DNA of 64,000 bases from the sequence record NZ_CP054002.1; one strand, written 5' to 3'. The notes under the pieces were generated by a model. It made no database searches, was not told the DNA's origin, and worked only from the letters and a program-made list of their open reading frames with translations. Position numbers and translations under genes: made by a program. Within the stretch, counting starts at the first letter, position 1. Each line of letters opens with the position of its first letter. This DNA comes from a plasmid. Shown here piece by piece: positions 20,852 through 30,158 of this stretch.

Positions 20852-21002
20852 TTCTTTAATATTAAAAAATGTATATATAGTTTAATGTATCAAAAAATCG
20901 AATGTTATATAACTTATATATGTTATATATATTGTATATGTTATATATCTTTGTTGGGCGATTAATTCATGCAAAGATATAGATTATTAATTTAAAACAT
21001 AA

Positions 21003-21275
21003 ATGATTATGGGAACAACAATCTCAAACACCCAAATTGATAAGAGAAAGAAACTGTTGGATCTGCCGGAAGACGTTATAACTGTGCTATCCGTACAAGC
21101 AGCTAAGGAAGGGAAATCAGCTAAAGCCTTTATGGAAGGCTTATTGATCTCCGCTGCTAATGATTTAGAAGATATAACAACTTATACGTTTCTTTCCAAG
21201 AATCAACCTGAAGGGCATGTCATGGTTAGTGAAGCCGAACAAAAAGCCTTTGAACAGAAATATGGTTTATCATGA
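21003..21275 (+). CDS. RHH/ParD-type antitoxin (90 aa)
   Basis: Small acidic protein overlapping the downstream RelE/ParE toxin by 4 bp (ATGA). Confidence 0.6.
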   Translation: MIMGTTISNTQIDKRKKLLDLPEDVITVLSVQAAKEGKSAKAFMEGLLISAANDLEDITTYTFLSKNQPEGHVMVSEAEQKAFEQKYGLS

Positions 21276-21574
21276 ATGTAGAATATTCAAAGCCATTTTT
21301 AAAGGCAGTAGATAAATTATCAGGGAAAGTTCTGTCTTCTGTCCTTGATATGATCCGGGAAGTGAAGAATGCTAATGGTATTGATGAAATTACTAATTGC
21401 AAGAAACTCATTGCCTATAAATCAGTATATCGGATTCGTATAGGAGATTATAGAGCATTCTTTATTTTCCACGTTAAGATTGTAGATGATACAGTTAAAT
21501 TTGAATATCTAGTATCAAGAGGGGAAGCATACGATAAAAAAGTACAGTCAGAGTTACGGAAAAAGGATAAATGA
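21272..21574 (+). CDS. RelE/ParE-family toxin (100 aa)
   Basis: Characteristic core ...YRIRIGDYRAFFIFH... Confidence 0.75.
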   Translation: MNVEYSKPFLKAVDKLSGKVLSSVLDMIREVKNANGIDEITNCKKLIAYKSVYRIRIGDYRAFFIFHVKIVDDTVKFEYLVSRGEAYDKKVQSELRKKDK

Positions 21575-21583
21575 TAATTTATT

Positions 21584-22777
21584 ATGGAAAAAGAATTAAG
21601 CCGGGTTCCACGCCTATTAAGTGAAAGTTACAATTCTGGGCTAATTGAGCGCTTATATGATTCTGGCGGTAGTGTAATGCTAGATATTATAATTTACCTT
21701 TGTGGGAATCATATTAGAGATCTATTTGGTGAATCATGGTTCTCAATAGAGGATTTTTGTAATAAAATGGGTTATAATCGGACAAATCTTCAAAGAAAAC
21801 TATCTAAGGAACAGCTGAAGGATCTTTTTGGAAAACGCTCACCTCATTATATCTGTAAGGATATAAACGGGGAGGAAATAAGCCACCCCATAGAAACCGT
21901 TTTTGAAGCCGCCCTTTATAAACTTGGCTTAGAAAATATGTCTTATCCTGTTTCTACAAGCGAAGGCACTTCATATATATTTATTCAGATCCTTACCAAA
22001 TTTGAAATCCGGACAAATTTTAAAACCAAGAAAGGAACGAAAAGATTATATAGTGCTACTCTGAATAATCTGATAAAGGATTCTGTTTATACTCTCTATA
22101 ATCTAATTGAAAGTCAGGATTATAGAGAGTTACCTTCCAAATATCGATATTTCTATTTGGAACTATCGAAAATGATATATCTTATTAAGTATAAAATCAA
22201 AACAGGAGATGCACCTAGTTACAGATTAACCGTTGATCAGTTGGCTAAGTTGTTCAACCTCAATTTTGAAGAGAATAAGGAAAGGAAAAGAAATGTAACA
22301 AAAGTTTTGAAGGGGATAAATGAACACTTGAGATTTACCAACTTTCAATTTAAGTACGTTAAAGGTGCTAATGATAAATGGGCATATACGGTAGATTTTG
22401 AATTTTCTCAAGAAACGCTTGATTATTTTGATGAACGCTATACCGCTATGTTTACTCAAAGATTCTATAGTGATCTGTTATGGAGATACGCTGGTTTAGC
22501 TTTTCCTAATTGTGCGGTAGGCAGAGATCGGGTTAACAAAGTTGAAGATATAAAATCTGATCGAAACTTGTATGAAGATTATTTGGCATGGGCTAATTCT
22601 CCACAAAACAAAGCACTGAAAGAGGAAGTATATAGGGAAAATTTCTTTCGGGTATTTGGAAAAACCCCTGAAGAGTTTGGATTAACTAGTAATGCCCCGA
22701 CTGTGACACGTGAGCCAAAGGAATTTATAGTTAAAAATCCACCTACTGTGACACCTGAACCGGAAAAGATTATCTAG
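21584..22777 (+). CDS. rep: plasmid-type replication initiator (Rep, 397 aa), intact copy
   Basis: Large basic protein immediately followed by its iteron array (classic theta-replicon layout); the other two copies are disrupted. Confidence 0.6.
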   Translation: MEKELSRVPRLLSESYNSGLIERLYDSGGSVMLDIIIYLCGNHIRDLFGESWFSIEDFCNKMGYNRTNLQRKLSKEQLKDLFGKRSPHYICKDINGEEISHPIETVFEAALYKLGLENMSYPVSTSEGTSYIFIQILTKFEIRTNFKTKKGTKRLYSATLNNLIKDSVYTLYNLIESQDYRELPSKYRYFYLELSKMIYLIKYKIKTGDAPSYRLTVDQLAKLFNLNFEENKERKRNVTKVLKGINEHLRFTNFQFKYVKGANDKWAYTVDFEFSQETLDYFDERYTAMFTQRFYSDLLWRYAGLAFPNCAVGRDRVNKVEDIKSDRNLYEDYLAWANSPQNKALKEEVYRENFFRVFGKTPEEFGLTSNAPTVTREPKEFIVKNPPTVTPEPEKII

Positions 22778-23095
22778 CTGTGTAAAACACTACACTTTTC
22801 AATTCTGTTAACATTTCCAGCTGTGTAAAACACTACACTTTTAGGTTTCCAGCTGTGTAGAATGCTACACTTTTGGGTTTCCAGCTGTGTAAAATACTAC
22901 ACTTTTAGGTTTCCAGCTGTGTAGAATGCTACACTTTTGAAAATTTAGCTGTGTAAAACACTACACTTTTGAATTTAGCTGTGTAAAATACTACACCATA
23001 TTAAAGATATCGCAAAAAAATAAAGTGTTGATTTTTAGATAATTAATGAAAAGTGATTTTTTCCAGCTGTGTAAAAGGCTACACCATATTTCTTA
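22775..23095. repeat. iteron array (putative oriV): ~8 repeats of AGCTGTGTA(A/G)AA(C/T)(A/G)CTACACTTTT at ~33-bp spacing
   Basis: Directly visible; each iteron contains an internal palindrome GTGTAG-N4-CTACAC; the first iteron overlaps the rep stop codon. Confidence 0.8.
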
Positions 23096-23215
23096 ATATA
23101 ACCTAAAAACCTAAACCCCCTATAATCCCCCAAAGGGGGACAGAAGAAATGACCGGAAAAATGATATTTTTCCTTCAGCTTATATCATCATACTTTCGGA
23201 AAAATACTATCGGGC

Positions 23216-23230
23216 ATGACAAATTGTCAT
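23216..23230. promoter_or_regulatory. perfect 15-bp palindrome ATGACAAATTGTCAT, followed by repeated GTAAAAT/ATTTTAC motifs (23290..23420)
   Basis: Directly visible; same in all three P copies; lies upstream of the conserved 67-aa and 78-aa genes. Confidence 0.45.
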
Positions 23231-23428
23231 ATTTTGAGGAAAGTAATAATTCTCCAATCTCCTTTAATCAGAGGTGAGAAAGAGAAACAACAGCTGTTTT
23301 ACTTTTGGTATACGTTAAGTAAAATGTTTTTTTTGGCATGTATCAAGAAAAAACACATTTTACTTTATTGTTTTACTAAATTATTTTACTACCTTTACAA
23401 AAAGTAAAATGATAAAAGCATAATAGAT

Positions 23429-23632
23429 ATGACTGATGATGATATTAAAGATTTGAAGAAAGATTTACTTCAGTTGTTTATGAAGTACAATGTTTCCATA
23501 GGCTTCACTTGTGCAGACTGTAGTGATACATATGGATTATATGATGATCATATAGTTATACAGGATAATAATAGTAGGGAAAATGTACTAGAAACTGATG
23601 GATGGTGGTTAAATATAAGCCATTTGCGATAA
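23429..23632 (+). CDS. 67-aa Cys-containing hypothetical protein
   Basis: Identical in three copies. Confidence 0.5.
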   Translation: MTDDDIKDLKKDLLQLFMKYNVSIGFTCADCSDTYGLYDDHIVIQDNNSRENVLETDGWWLNISHLR

Positions 23633-23660
23633 TTTCAAATAATAAGAAAGGAGTAATAAT

Positions 23661-23897
23661 ATGGCAATTGATACAGAAAGGATATTTCTTTTAGCAACTA
23701 AAAAAAGCCAGCGAGTGGAAAATCTGACCTATTGTATAGGTGTGCATCGATTAGGAACTCCAAACATGGAGTACATTCTAGGAGAAACAGACAATGACCG
23801 TGAATATAGGCAAGGTGATGAAGTTTCATATATTTATCATGCGGAATATGCCTATACGTTGCAGGAGGCTCTAGATTGGCTAAATAATGTAAATTAG
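23661..23897 (+). CDS. 78-aa hypothetical protein
   Basis: Intact only in this copy; 9-bp gap with RBS-like GGAG before the start. Confidence 0.45.
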   Translation: MAIDTERIFLLATKKSQRVENLTYCIGVHRLGTPNMEYILGETDNDREYRQGDEVSYIYHAEYAYTLQEALDWLNNVN

Positions 23898-23953
23898 TAT
23901 AAAATGAAATCCTCAATAAATGTTTAATGAAGAATTAAAATCCTCGTATTATA

Positions 23954-24541
23954 ATGAAGATAGGATATGCACGTGTATCGACTCCGGATCAGAATCCAGC
24001 TTTGCAATTGGAAGCATTAGAAAAGGCTGGTTGTGAGAAAATTTATCAAGAAAAAAAATCAGCGTTTAAAGAACGTCCTGAATTAATCCGGGCATTAGAA
24101 GATCTTAGAACTGGGGATATCTTATATGTCTGGTCGTTGGATCGTTTAGGCAGATCCATGAAGGAAATCCGGACGAATGTAGATCTAATAATGAATAAGG
24201 GAGCGCATCTTGTCGATGTAACGCATAATATCGATACGTCCACTCCTTCCGGGAAACTTTTGATCCCGATATTTTCAATGTTGGCAGAAATCGATCAGGT
24301 TTTACGTACAGAAAGAACGGTTGCAGGTTGGGAAGTCGCAAAACGTGAGGGAAGAACAGGAGGAAGAAAGCCCGGCTTAAATGATTTAGCGAAAAAGAAA
24401 GCCGAGCAGGCAAAGAAAATGTATCTGTCAAAAGATCCCTTCTATTCAGCAAAAGAGATCGCTTCAATTCTCAATATCTCCACGAGAACTTTGTATAAAT
24501 ATTTGCGTTCTGTTGGGGTTGAACCAAAACAAAACCAGTAA
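23954..24541 (+). CDS. serine recombinase (resolvase/DNA-invertase family, 195 aa)
   Basis: N-terminal catalytic motif GYARVSTPDQ..., C-terminal HTH (ISTRTLYKYL). Confidence 0.85.
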   Translation: MKIGYARVSTPDQNPALQLEALEKAGCEKIYQEKKSAFKERPELIRALEDLRTGDILYVWSLDRLGRSMKEIRTNVDLIMNKGAHLVDVTHNIDTSTPSGKLLIPIFSMLAEIDQVLRTERTVAGWEVAKREGRTGGRKPGLNDLAKKKAEQAKKMYLSKDPFYSAKEIASILNISTRTLYKYLRSVGVEPKQNQ

Positions 24542-24579
24542 CCGGTTATCTCTTAATGGAAAGTAAGGTAGGAAATCCC

Positions 24580-24804
24580 CTACCCTATTTCCATTTTAAC
24601 TTGTTGCAAAGCCCCTTTGAGTTCTTTCATTGTGTCCCTTTTGTGCTTCTTGCATTCTTCCGGCTGAATGATTTGGAACTGTTCATCTTGGTAGTTGACC
24701 GCACCGCAAATCTTTCCGTCATGGTCGCAAATGGTATCATAACCGCCAAGTGTTTCACTTAGCCATAGCATACCGCAAGAGCATTGCACTTTTATTATTC
24801 CCAT
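24580..24804 (-). CDS. 74-aa Cys4 zinc-ribbon-like hypothetical protein
   Basis: CSCG...CDHDGKIC; conserved in the P3 copy (62393..62617). Confidence 0.4.
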   Translation of the reverse strand: MGIIKVQCSCGMLWLSETLGGYDTICDHDGKICGAVNYQDEQFQIIQPEECKKHKRDTMKELKGALQQVKMEIG

Positions 24805-24898
24805 ATATATATTTTTAGTTGATTATTTACATGTCTTCTATTGTCAATGATTTACTAATTAATATGATAAGGAAAGGTAAAACAACCTTTCCTTATGG

Positions 24899-25387
24899 CT
24901 ATTTTTTTCCTAAAGTACCGTTTATGAATTTGCGTTTATAGCTTGCTATTTCTTTCTTATTTTCTTCCAAAAATGCTTCAAGCAGATTTCCTAGCATTTG
25001 CATCATTGGAACTTTTGACATTGTAGATAGTATTTTAAGTTCTTGATGGAACTCTCTAGGTATCTTTATCGTTTCCGTGTCTATTATCTCTCTTTTAGCG
25101 AAAAGCAAAGAAAGACCTTTAGGAAAAGATGATTCGGGAAATTCTGAAGGTTCTTCTGTCATATTCTCATTTTCCTGAATGATTTCTTCTTCTTGTACTG
25201 GAGCAACAACTTTAGCTGGTTCTGTGGTGCTGGCTGCTGGTTGTACTTCCGGAATTTTCTCTTCTGAAGTCTGTTGTGATGAAACAGATTTTATACTTTG
25301 AACTTTCTTAGCTTCTTCTTTACCAGCCTGTACCAATGCGAACATTGATGTTTTGGGTTTTCCTGTATTTTTCTTTTCTTCAGCCAT
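24899..25387 (-). CDS. ParA-partner protein (TraB-like; possible centromere-binding adaptor), 162 aa
   Basis: Immediately downstream of parA on the same strand; low-complexity acidic N-terminal half. Confidence 0.45.
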   Translation of the reverse strand: MAEEKKNTGKPKTSMFALVQAGKEEAKKVQSIKSVSSQQTSEEKIPEVQPAASTTEPAKVVAPVQEEEIIQENENMTEEPSEFPESSFPKGLSLLFAKREIIDTETIKIPREFHQELKILSTMSKVPMMQMLGNLLEAFLEENKKEIASYKRKFINGTLGKK

Positions 25388-25391
25388 AATT

Positions 25392-26087
25392 TCATTTTTT
25401 AACGTAATTGATTAATAATTGTATCATTTCTTCTCCGAAATCATCACAGGTGTGATTATAGTTGTTTATTATCGTAGAAAGGTTTCTTTGGTAATTAACT
25501 TTGCTTTCCTTGATATGATTGTTCAGTAGCTCGAAAGGTAAATTGTCTTTGTTTGCTATAAGCTCTTTATATTCAAGCAAATTAGGTGTTACCTTGTTAG
25601 GCAATCCTTTTACTATTGTTTTGTAACCTAGACTTTCTCGTTTAGATAAGATATTTTCCTTGTAGTAATTGTAGAACTTTACAGTGTGCAATACTTCGAT
25701 TTTTGAAGGAGCAAAAGGTATAATGACCACATCCATCATCATTAGGGTTTCTACTACTCCTGCCTGTTTCAAGTTTCCCGGAAAGTCAACCACTATTATA
25801 TCGAAACTTTCTTTGAGAAATTCTATGCTGTTAATGAAGTCTGATGAAGATATACTCATTACTTCATACTCGTCTTTTATATCCTCTTCCTGTTGTGCTT
25901 CATCGAAAGCTCTTAACTCCCCCATTGTATTTTGCGCATCGTCTATATCGACAACGCCAATGGTTAAACCTGTCTGCTCGTGGCTCTCATGTACATATCC
26001 TGCGAACAAGGCTGTTAATGTTGATTTACCTGTTCCACCTTTTGGGTTCTCGAATGCTACGAATATACCCGGTAATATTTTTCCCAT
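25392..26087 (-). CDS. parA: ParA/Soj-family partition ATPase (TraA-like), 231 aa
   Basis: Deviant Walker A KGGTGKST near the N-terminus. Confidence 0.8.
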   Translation of the reverse strand: MGKILPGIFVAFENPKGGTGKSTLTALFAGYVHESHEQTGLTIGVVDIDDAQNTMGELRAFDEAQQEEDIKDEYEVMSISSSDFINSIEFLKESFDIIVVDFPGNLKQAGVVETLMMMDVVIIPFAPSKIEVLHTVKFYNYYKENILSKRESLGYKTIVKGLPNKVTPNLLEYKELIANKDNLPFELLNNHIKESKVNYQRNLSTIINNYNHTCDDFGEEMIQLLINYVKK

Positions 26088-26099
26088 AACGTTACGAGT

Positions 26100-26340
26100 T
26101 TAAATTTTTCGCAATATATGAATTAATAATCTAACTAACAAATTAATCAGCTTGTTTAACAAATAATTAACCAATAATCTTATTACATAACCATTTAATA
26201 AACTAATTAGTTAATTAAATGGTTAATTATACAATTAATAGATTAGTTATCTAGTTAATAAGTTATTTGATTTATTTATTAATTAGTTAATTAGTTTATG
26301 GATTAATTAGTTTTCTGATAAACTAGCTAACTAGTTGTTT
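26100..26340. repeat. AT-rich array of degenerate TTAATTAG / CTAATTAA / AACTAGCTAACTAGTT repeats upstream of parA (parS/centromere-like candidate)
   Basis: Directly visible; at least 10 occurrences of TAATTAG-type units within ~240 bp. Confidence 0.4.
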
Positions 26341-26485
26341 TTTTGTTGCCGTGCTTTCAGTTCTTCCTTTTGTTAAGTTATCTGGTTACTTGGTTAATTA
26401 GGGAATCAGTTCTTTGGGTTGATTTTTCCGAAAGTATAGATCTTAAAGTTTTGGTGCTTTATAATTTTTATCTATCTTTGTATAT

Positions 26486-26522
26486 GCAAGGTGTGGTTTT
26501 GTAGCTACAAAACCCACCTTGC
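26486..26522. other. candidate oriT hairpin GCAAGGTGTGGTTTTGTAG-CTACAAAACCCACCTTGC
   Basis: Near-perfect 18-bp inverted repeat in the parA–mobA intergenic region, ~70 bp upstream of mobA. Confidence 0.45.
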
Positions 26523-26589
26523 GACAGCCGAGCTGACGAGTGATGTTCGTTTCACTCACATACATTAGAATAGAGAATAGGAATATAGA

Positions 26590-26898
26590 ATGAAAGAGAA
26601 TAGAACTAAAGTTATTCGGGCACGTCTTTCTGAAGAAGAAAAGGAACAGGTTTTCAGACGAGCTAAAGCTGAAGGTGTAACACTTTCTATGTATTTAAGA
26701 AAATCTGTTTTAGGGGAAAGGATAACTTCAAAAGCGGATATTCAAACCGTCTTTGAACTGAAAAAAATAGGTACTAATTTGAATCAACTTGCAAAGCATG
26801 TTAACTCTTTACCTGTTGATGAAAATATTCGTCTTTCATTGGAAAGTATAGAGATGTACATTAAAGAGTTGAAGCAAATAACAGATAAACTAATATGA
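26590..26898 (+). CDS. mobA: MobA/MobC-type relaxosome accessory protein (RHH-like, 102 aa)
   Basis: Small basic protein overlapping the relaxase start by 4 bp. Confidence 0.55.
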   Translation: MKENRTKVIRARLSEEEKEQVFRRAKAEGVTLSMYLRKSVLGERITSKADIQTVFELKKIGTNLNQLAKHVNSLPVDENIRLSLESIEMYIKELKQITDKLI

Positions 26899-28313
26899 TA
26901 GCGGAGATACAAGACCCGTTTGTAGGAGAAGCATTAAACCGTAAAATCGATTATCAGTTAAAGAAGATTGAAAGCGGTGTAGCTAGGGAATTATATAATT
27001 CTTCTGGTGATTCTCTTATTAATATGTATCGTAATATGTCCCTTGTTGCTGGTCTGAATGATCGTGTGAAATCACCATATATAGAATTTATTCTTAGCAG
27101 CCCGATAGGGGAGGATCTTCCGGACGAAAAGTTTTCTGAAGTAGCGAAAGAATATTTGGAAAGAATGGGATACGGTGATTCTTGCTACACCATCATAAAG
27201 AACGATGATAAGGACCACCGACATGTACATATACTTGCCACTACGATAGACTTAAACGGCTTGTGGATCTCTGATAGTTACAGCAAGGGACGTTCTGGAA
27301 AGATCATGCGAGAGCTAGAGCTTAAACATGGGCTTGAAGTTATGGAGAAAGGAAAGTCTTCCCGGAACAAGACGTTGGGAGAATCCCAGTACCGGCAATA
27401 TTTCTTTGACACAGCTTTGCACAAGGCTTTGCGCAGCCATAATGCAAAAGAACGGGTGAAGGATCTTCTAGGGCAGTCGGAAACCTTTAAAACGATTAAT
27501 CCTGATATGACTAAGGCTTATACTAATGCGGAATGGAAAATCATATTGGGGGAAGATACATACGAAAATATGTTAGATATGTTATCAAAAGGAAAGTTCT
27601 TTAATCCATTACTCAAGGACGAGTTACTTTCCGTCATGGATCGTTTGCGTCAGGAATGCGGCAACATGAAAGAGTTCCGGGATCGATTGGAAAAAGAAGG
27701 GTATTATATGCGTCTGGTATCGGACAAGGGGAAATCTCATTATGTATATGGCATTCCTGATAGGGGCTTTTATCTGAAAGATACAGCCCTTCCGGAATCG
27801 TACCGGTTTGGGAAACTTTTGTTCGCCGGAAAACAAATGACCGCAGACGAGCAAAAGCATTATCTGTATAACCAGATCTTTGCAGTTCTTAATGGTTCAT
27901 CCAGCTATGAAGATTTTAAAGACCGGCTAGCGGAGCATAATATAAATCTGATCGAGCACGTCAACGGTAAAGGGATATACGGCATATCCTTTGCCCTTAC
28001 AAATGTCGATACTCCGGAAATCTTTAAAAGCTCTGATGTATCAAGGAGATTAACCTATCAGAACATACAAGACTTCTTCCAAAAAGAGCAGAATCCGGAA
28101 CAGGGAAAAGAACAGGAGAGAGCAACACCCATCGATCCGGTTATCGTGTGTTATGCGAGTAATCCGCACGAATGGGAGAAGGATCTTATCTATATGTACC
28201 CGGTTGCCATGTCAATGGCTTTAGATAACGGATCAGGGAAGCACCGGAAAGGTGATGAAGATCTTCCGGACAACAAGAAAAAGAAAAAGCGAAATAAAGG
28301 ATTATCATATTAA
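26895..28313 (+). CDS. mobB: relaxase / mobilization nuclease (MobB-like, 472 aa)
   Basis: Histidine-triad motif KDHRHVHILATTIDLNG in the N-terminal domain. Confidence 0.75.
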   Translation: MIAEIQDPFVGEALNRKIDYQLKKIESGVARELYNSSGDSLINMYRNMSLVAGLNDRVKSPYIEFILSSPIGEDLPDEKFSEVAKEYLERMGYGDSCYTIIKNDDKDHRHVHILATTIDLNGLWISDSYSKGRSGKIMRELELKHGLEVMEKGKSSRNKTLGESQYRQYFFDTALHKALRSHNAKERVKDLLGQSETFKTINPDMTKAYTNAEWKIILGEDTYENMLDMLSKGKFFNPLLKDELLSVMDRLRQECGNMKEFRDRLEKEGYYMRLVSDKGKSHYVYGIPDRGFYLKDTALPESYRFGKLLFAGKQMTADEQKHYLYNQIFAVLNGSSSYEDFKDRLAEHNINLIEHVNGKGIYGISFALTNVDTPEIFKSSDVSRRLTYQNIQDFFQKEQNPEQGKEQERATPIDPVIVCYASNPHEWEKDLIYMYPVAMSMALDNGSGKHRKGDEDLPDNKKKKKRNKGLSY

Positions 28314-28358
28314 TAACAAAATTGAATAGAAAATGCGCAAAAAAAGAAGCAAATTAGT

Positions 28359-28571
28359 ATGGAAGCAAATCGCTTCAAAAACGTAAGCGAATTGATAAAA
28401 TCGTTTGAGGAGTATTCTGGGTTCAGTATTGATCCGGAAGAGATAGATACTCGTGATAAGCTGTTGGATAAAATTTCGGAAATACAGGACTATTTATCTA
28501 ATGAAGTATCAGATATATGTTCTCAGTATTATTATGAAGCAGGACAATTAATGCCTGAAGATGAAGATTAA
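28359..28571 (+). CDS. 70-aa acidic hypothetical protein
   Basis: ORF track only. Confidence 0.35.
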   Translation: MEANRFKNVSELIKSFEEYSGFSIDPEEIDTRDKLLDKISEIQDYLSNEVSDICSQYYYEAGQLMPEDED

Positions 28572-28588
28572 CGTATAACGAATCGGAA

Positions 28589-28849
28589 ATGAACGATATA
28601 CTATTCAAAAAAATAAAAAGAGCAAACAGTAAATATGCTGAATACTTATCAGCTTGCGATAAAGTAGCTAAAGCAGCCCAAAAGCATATAAACTGGAACG
28701 ATAGCGTAGGTTGTGCCTATATGCCGGGTGACGGTCTTTGCATAGAGATTGAAGCCCATGTTTGCCCAGCTACAAGATTTTTTGAGCTACCTGATATTAT
28801 CGGTAATGATATGATTGATGAATACACATATCGAACCAATTGCATTTAA
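28589..28849 (+). CDS. 86-aa hypothetical protein
   Basis: ORF track only. Confidence 0.35.
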   Translation: MNDILFKKIKRANSKYAEYLSACDKVAKAAQKHINWNDSVGCAYMPGDGLCIEIEAHVCPATRFFELPDIIGNDMIDEYTYRTNCI

Positions 28850-28866
28850 TTTAAAACAAGTTAATC

Positions 28867-29838
28867 ATGAACTACAGCGAAGTTTTAAATCCATACCAGC
28901 CGTTAGAAACCGGCGATTTCATGTACCGGTATTATATTAATGACCGGGAGTATATAATTTATTCACCGGAACGAAACAAGATATCCTGTTTGGAGTTGTT
29001 CGATTTCAAAGATCTTAGCGCTTTTCAATTATCTATATCCATCCAAGCGAAAGTACAGGTGCAATCGGAAAGCGAGGAATTGAAGGAGTTTAGTTTTGAT
29101 CACGTATGTAGCAAAGAAGATCTGATAGCTTATCTCTTTGATATTACTGAAGGAAAAACGGAGATCCGGAAGGTGAGAAAGGTTTCAAATAACGAGGGCT
29201 ATTTCCTTTTTGAACTGAAGAGTGCGCATAAGATCCGGAACTTTTACCAGTTCAACCCGGAAAGTAAAGAGTATCAGCTCGTGTTTGACAATGATATTTG
29301 CTGTGCAGCGATATATGAAGATGTAACTTCTGATGTCGTAAACGTGTGCTGGAATCCTGCTATCTTTAGTATATTAGAAGGACAGACAGAGCAGCAGAAT
29401 ACTTCTTATCTTCTGCCTTCTTCTAATCCTATCCTTTGTGCGCATGTCTGCAAGAAAGCGCAGGAGAGAAACGCTAGGATCAATCTGTACGTAGGCAAAA
29501 ACGGCATAGAAGCTCTTTTGTTCTTTTCTTACTATATAGCTTCTAAAGGAATTGAGAAAAGCATTTCTATTTTTTCCGACAGTAAGCAGGTGACTGTAGA
29601 AATGGATCGTTGGAATCCTGTTACGGTGGTTAAACTTATGTCTAAGATGCAGAAAACGATCAATGATAAGTTAAGGAAACAGTTTGGGGAAGAAGATGAA
29701 GTGACCATTTACCGGCTGGAATCCGTAGCGGGGAAATCTTTTCTTGCTTTTCAAAACCATCCTCTAGCAATAGATGTGTTCTTTCGGAATATCATCCCGT
29801 TATATGGTTTGGAAAATATTGAGTATATAGAAATGTAG
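28867..29838 (+). CDS. 323-aa hypothetical protein
   Basis: ORF track only; no recognisable motif. Confidence 0.45.
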   Translation: MNYSEVLNPYQPLETGDFMYRYYINDREYIIYSPERNKISCLELFDFKDLSAFQLSISIQAKVQVQSESEELKEFSFDHVCSKEDLIAYLFDITEGKTEIRKVRKVSNNEGYFLFELKSAHKIRNFYQFNPESKEYQLVFDNDICCAAIYEDVTSDVVNVCWNPAIFSILEGQTEQQNTSYLLPSSNPILCAHVCKKAQERNARINLYVGKNGIEALLFFSYYIASKGIEKSISIFSDSKQVTVEMDRWNPVTVVKLMSKMQKTINDKLRKQFGEEDEVTIYRLESVAGKSFLAFQNHPLAIDVFFRNIIPLYGLENIEYIEM

Positions 29839-30158
29839 CTTGTTGTTTATCTGATAAACAAGAAAAAATTATTCTAAATAGGAAACATTTTTATAGGGAA
29901 ATTGTTATTTTTGTGCAGTCGTAAACCGACCGTGTTTTTACATATTGAAGAAAAAAAGCGTTTAGCTGATTTCTGTGCAAGCGAAAAGTCCAAAAATTGC
30001 ATTATACACAGAGAAACAGATAAATGCTCCCCGTGATATGCGGGGGGTATCTCCTGTTTGTGTGTATAGGGCTTGGACTCCCTCGCTTGCGGATAGGCGA
30101 ATGCCCTTCCGCTTTTTTTATGTTTATTGGCTTGGTGTAGGGCACAAGCGAAAACCTT

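Noticed and set aside
24046-24467. Antisense ORFs within the serine recombinase gene (24046..24243, 24105..24467; also 61860..62296)
   Set aside because: Embedded opposite a strongly supported CDS.
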